A stretch of 64,000 bases of DNA from Leucoraja ocellata (lineage: Eukaryota), in contig JAWMAR010000105.1 in NCBI GenBank assembly GCA_036785375.1, forward strand, positions 1,364,001 through 1,428,000. Direction: 5' to 3'. Of this stretch, positions 1 through 64,000 are shown in pieces. Within the stretch, counting starts at the first letter, position 1. Each line of letters opens with the position of its first letter. The position numbers and the translations under genes were made by a program. The notes under the pieces were generated by a model that was not told the DNA's origin, made no database searches, and saw only the letters and a list, made by a program, of their open reading frames with translations.

Positions 1-3
1 AAC

Positions 4-61701
<61,698 letters not shown>

Positions 61702-62537
61702 TTAAAAACTCATTGCCCTCAAGGGAAAACATTTTAATGAAGATTAATTTAATTATTGGAAATGTAAACTAAGAACAGAAAATGCAGGAGGTGAGAAACA
61801 AAAGTAGAAAATGCAGGATTTACTCAGCAGGTCAGGCAGCATCTGTGGACGGGTGATAAATTAAACTACCACCAATTTACTGCAATGGTCTTGGTGCTAA
61901 AATGTATTCATTCAAGACATTTGCCATGGTTGTTAACTTTAATTGGGGGGAAGGGGGGCAAGTTATTATACCTCGCTATTCACCGTTTCAGTGGCAGGAA
62001 AGAGCTAAAGTGTACAAAAACCTTGGAAATTTTCAATTGTGCTATGATTTAAATCACATACTTTACTAGGGTCACAGAGCCTTAACCATAACCAAAATGT
62101 AGTTGAACCGTTATTAAATTCTGAGACAGAATGCTCAAATTATACACTTCAGATTTTCTATTACATTTGGTATCTCAAAGTTTCCGAGATGTTTTGAAGC
62201 ATAAATGATTTTATGAACAAATTGATTCAGTCAGTGGCCCTCCTAAATCAACAGAGATTAAATACAATTTCTACCACAGTGCTTCTTATAATTGCTACCT
62301 TGTACAACTACCAGCCATGTGCTAAACATATCTGTGTGATTGGAACTTCATGCTATATCCTAATGCAATGTAATAAATAGCAGGCACATTCATAATCTGG
62401 GAAGGTATCACTCTTCCTTGATTGTCAATGTATCTAAATCATGGATGTCCCCATTGCAACTACCATTAGAACACATGGTTTGAAAAAGCAACTCATCTAC
62501 TACTTTCTCTTGGGTAATCATGTTTTAATTTTTCGTT

Positions 62538-62935
62538 TTTGAGATACAGCACGGAAACAGGCCCTTCGGCCCACTGAGTCCGCATCGACGAGCAATCATT
62601 GGTTCTATCCCACATGCTAGGGACAATTTACAGAAGCTAATTAACCTATAAACTTGCACGTCTTTTGAATGTGGGAGGAAACTGGAGCACCGGGAAGAAA
62701 CCCAGGTGTTCACAGGGAGAACGTGCAAATGTGCAGACAGAATCAGAATCAGAATCAGAATACTTTATTGTCATTGCATGTGTCACATACAACGAGATTA
62801 CTGTGTCTCTCCATTTAAAAGAACTTCAAACATTCACATACTCATACTTTTTACACTCCCTCCCTGGAGTTAGGATTGAACCAGGGTCTCTGGCACTGTA
62901 AGGCAGCTACTCCACTGCTGTGTTACTGTGCCGCC
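62538..62935 (-). mobile_element. HE1/V-type SINE interrupted by a retroposon tail with (CAGAAT)n
   Basis: Reverse-complement SINE; microsatellite at about 62737-62761. Confidence 0.8.
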
Positions 62936-63099
62936 CTATTTGCAGTAAATACTATTAAGGACACATACATTTCAAAAATGAATTAAAAAATAATTAAATA
63001 TTTGTGTATCCAAAGTACAATGAAATTAGTGAAGAATGGATGCTATAGTGAATTAACACAAATATTTCATCTTCAAACTTAAATTTGCATAACGTTGTC

Positions 63100-63800
63100 A
63101 AAGGTAGACAAAAATGCTGGAGAAACCTAGCGGGTGAGCCAGCATCTATGGAGCGAAGGAATAGGTGACGTTTCGGGTTGAGACAATTCTTCAGACTAAT
63201 GTGGGGGTGGTGGGGGGGGGGGGAAGAAGAAAGGAAGAGGCGGAAACAGTAGGCTGTGGGAGAGCTGGTAAGGGGAGGGAAGGAGGGAGAAAGCAAGTAC
63301 CACCTGAAATAGTCGAAGAGAGGAATCCCAGTTCCCTAAAGAATGAGGATATCTCCGATGCCCTAGTTTGGAACACCTATTCCTGGGTGCAGATGCGGCG
63401 TAGACGGAGGAATTGGGAGTATGGGATAGAGTCCTTACAGGAAGCAGGGTGGGAAGAAGTGTAGTCCAGATAGCCATGGGAGTCAGTGGGTTTGTAGTAA
63501 ATGTCGGTCAGTAGTTTGTTACCTGCGATGGAGATAGTGACGTCTAGAAATGGTAGGGAGATGTCGGAAATGGTCCAGGTGTATTTGAGTGCCGGATGGA
63601 AGTTAGTGGTGAAATGGATGAAGTCAGTGAGTTCTGCATGGGTGCAGGAGGTAGCACCAATGCAGTCGTCAATATAGCGGAGGTAGTTCTAGGATAGGGC
63701 CACGGTACGCTTCGAACAAGGATTGTTCAACTTACCCTACAAAGAGGCAGGCATAGCTGGGGCTCATGCGCGTGCCCATAGCTACGCCTTGGATTTGGTG
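63100..63800 (-). mobile_element. Penelope-like retroelement: degenerate RT fragment plus terminal repeat
   Basis: Minus strand GVAMGTRM...YIDDC...FLDV...YYKPTDSHGYLDYTSSHP..CK.SIPYSQFLRLRRIC; terminal repeat 63100-63200. Confidence 0.85.
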
Positions 63801-64000
63801 CATTGTGCATAATGGTGTCAGATCTTTAGCAGCCTATTGCAGGTAGACCATAGAAATCCTGCAGGAGAAGTGGGTGATTGTACCTATGTCAACTGGGCTG
63901 AACAAATGCTTTCCAATAAGAAGAGAGAGTTGGATAAACACGGAATTGCAGATGCCAGAATCTTGCTAAGAAGAAGAAATAGTTCAGAAATTAACCAAAG

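Overview
Eukaryotic, not microbial. The window lies inside one large vertebrate gene on the minus strand: an axonemal outer-arm dynein heavy chain of the gamma class, closest to DNAH5 by recalled sequence (DNAH5 or a DNAH5-like paralogue). I traced 43 consecutive GT-AG exons by hand from 61672 down to 4, with consistent splice phases. They encode AAA1 (P-loop GPAGTGKT), AAA2 (GPSGAGKT), AAA3 (GEQGTAKT), AAA4 (GVGGSGKQS), the coiled-coil stalk and microtubule-binding domain, AAA5, AAA6 and part of the C-terminal domain. Both gene ends lie outside the window. The introns hold repeats typical of cartilaginous fish (probably a skate or ray; inference): CR1 LINE 3' ends, HE1/V-type SINEs, DeuSINE-like relics, Rex1/Babar fragments, Penelope-like elements whose terminal repeats carry hammerhead-ribozyme-like cores, a 5'-truncated Gypsy element with its 3' LTR, two palindromic MITEs and two candidate non-autonomous Helitrons. 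There is a 176-N assembly gap at 20852-21027. The least explained structures are a ~73-bp inverted repeat bracketing a frame-shifting 124-nt exon, and a ~290-bp local duplication bracketing another exon whose first copy resembles an antisense 180-nt exon. I found no convincing evidence of a new multi-gene system. Repeat family names rest on recalled consensus sequences; repeat boundaries are approximate.
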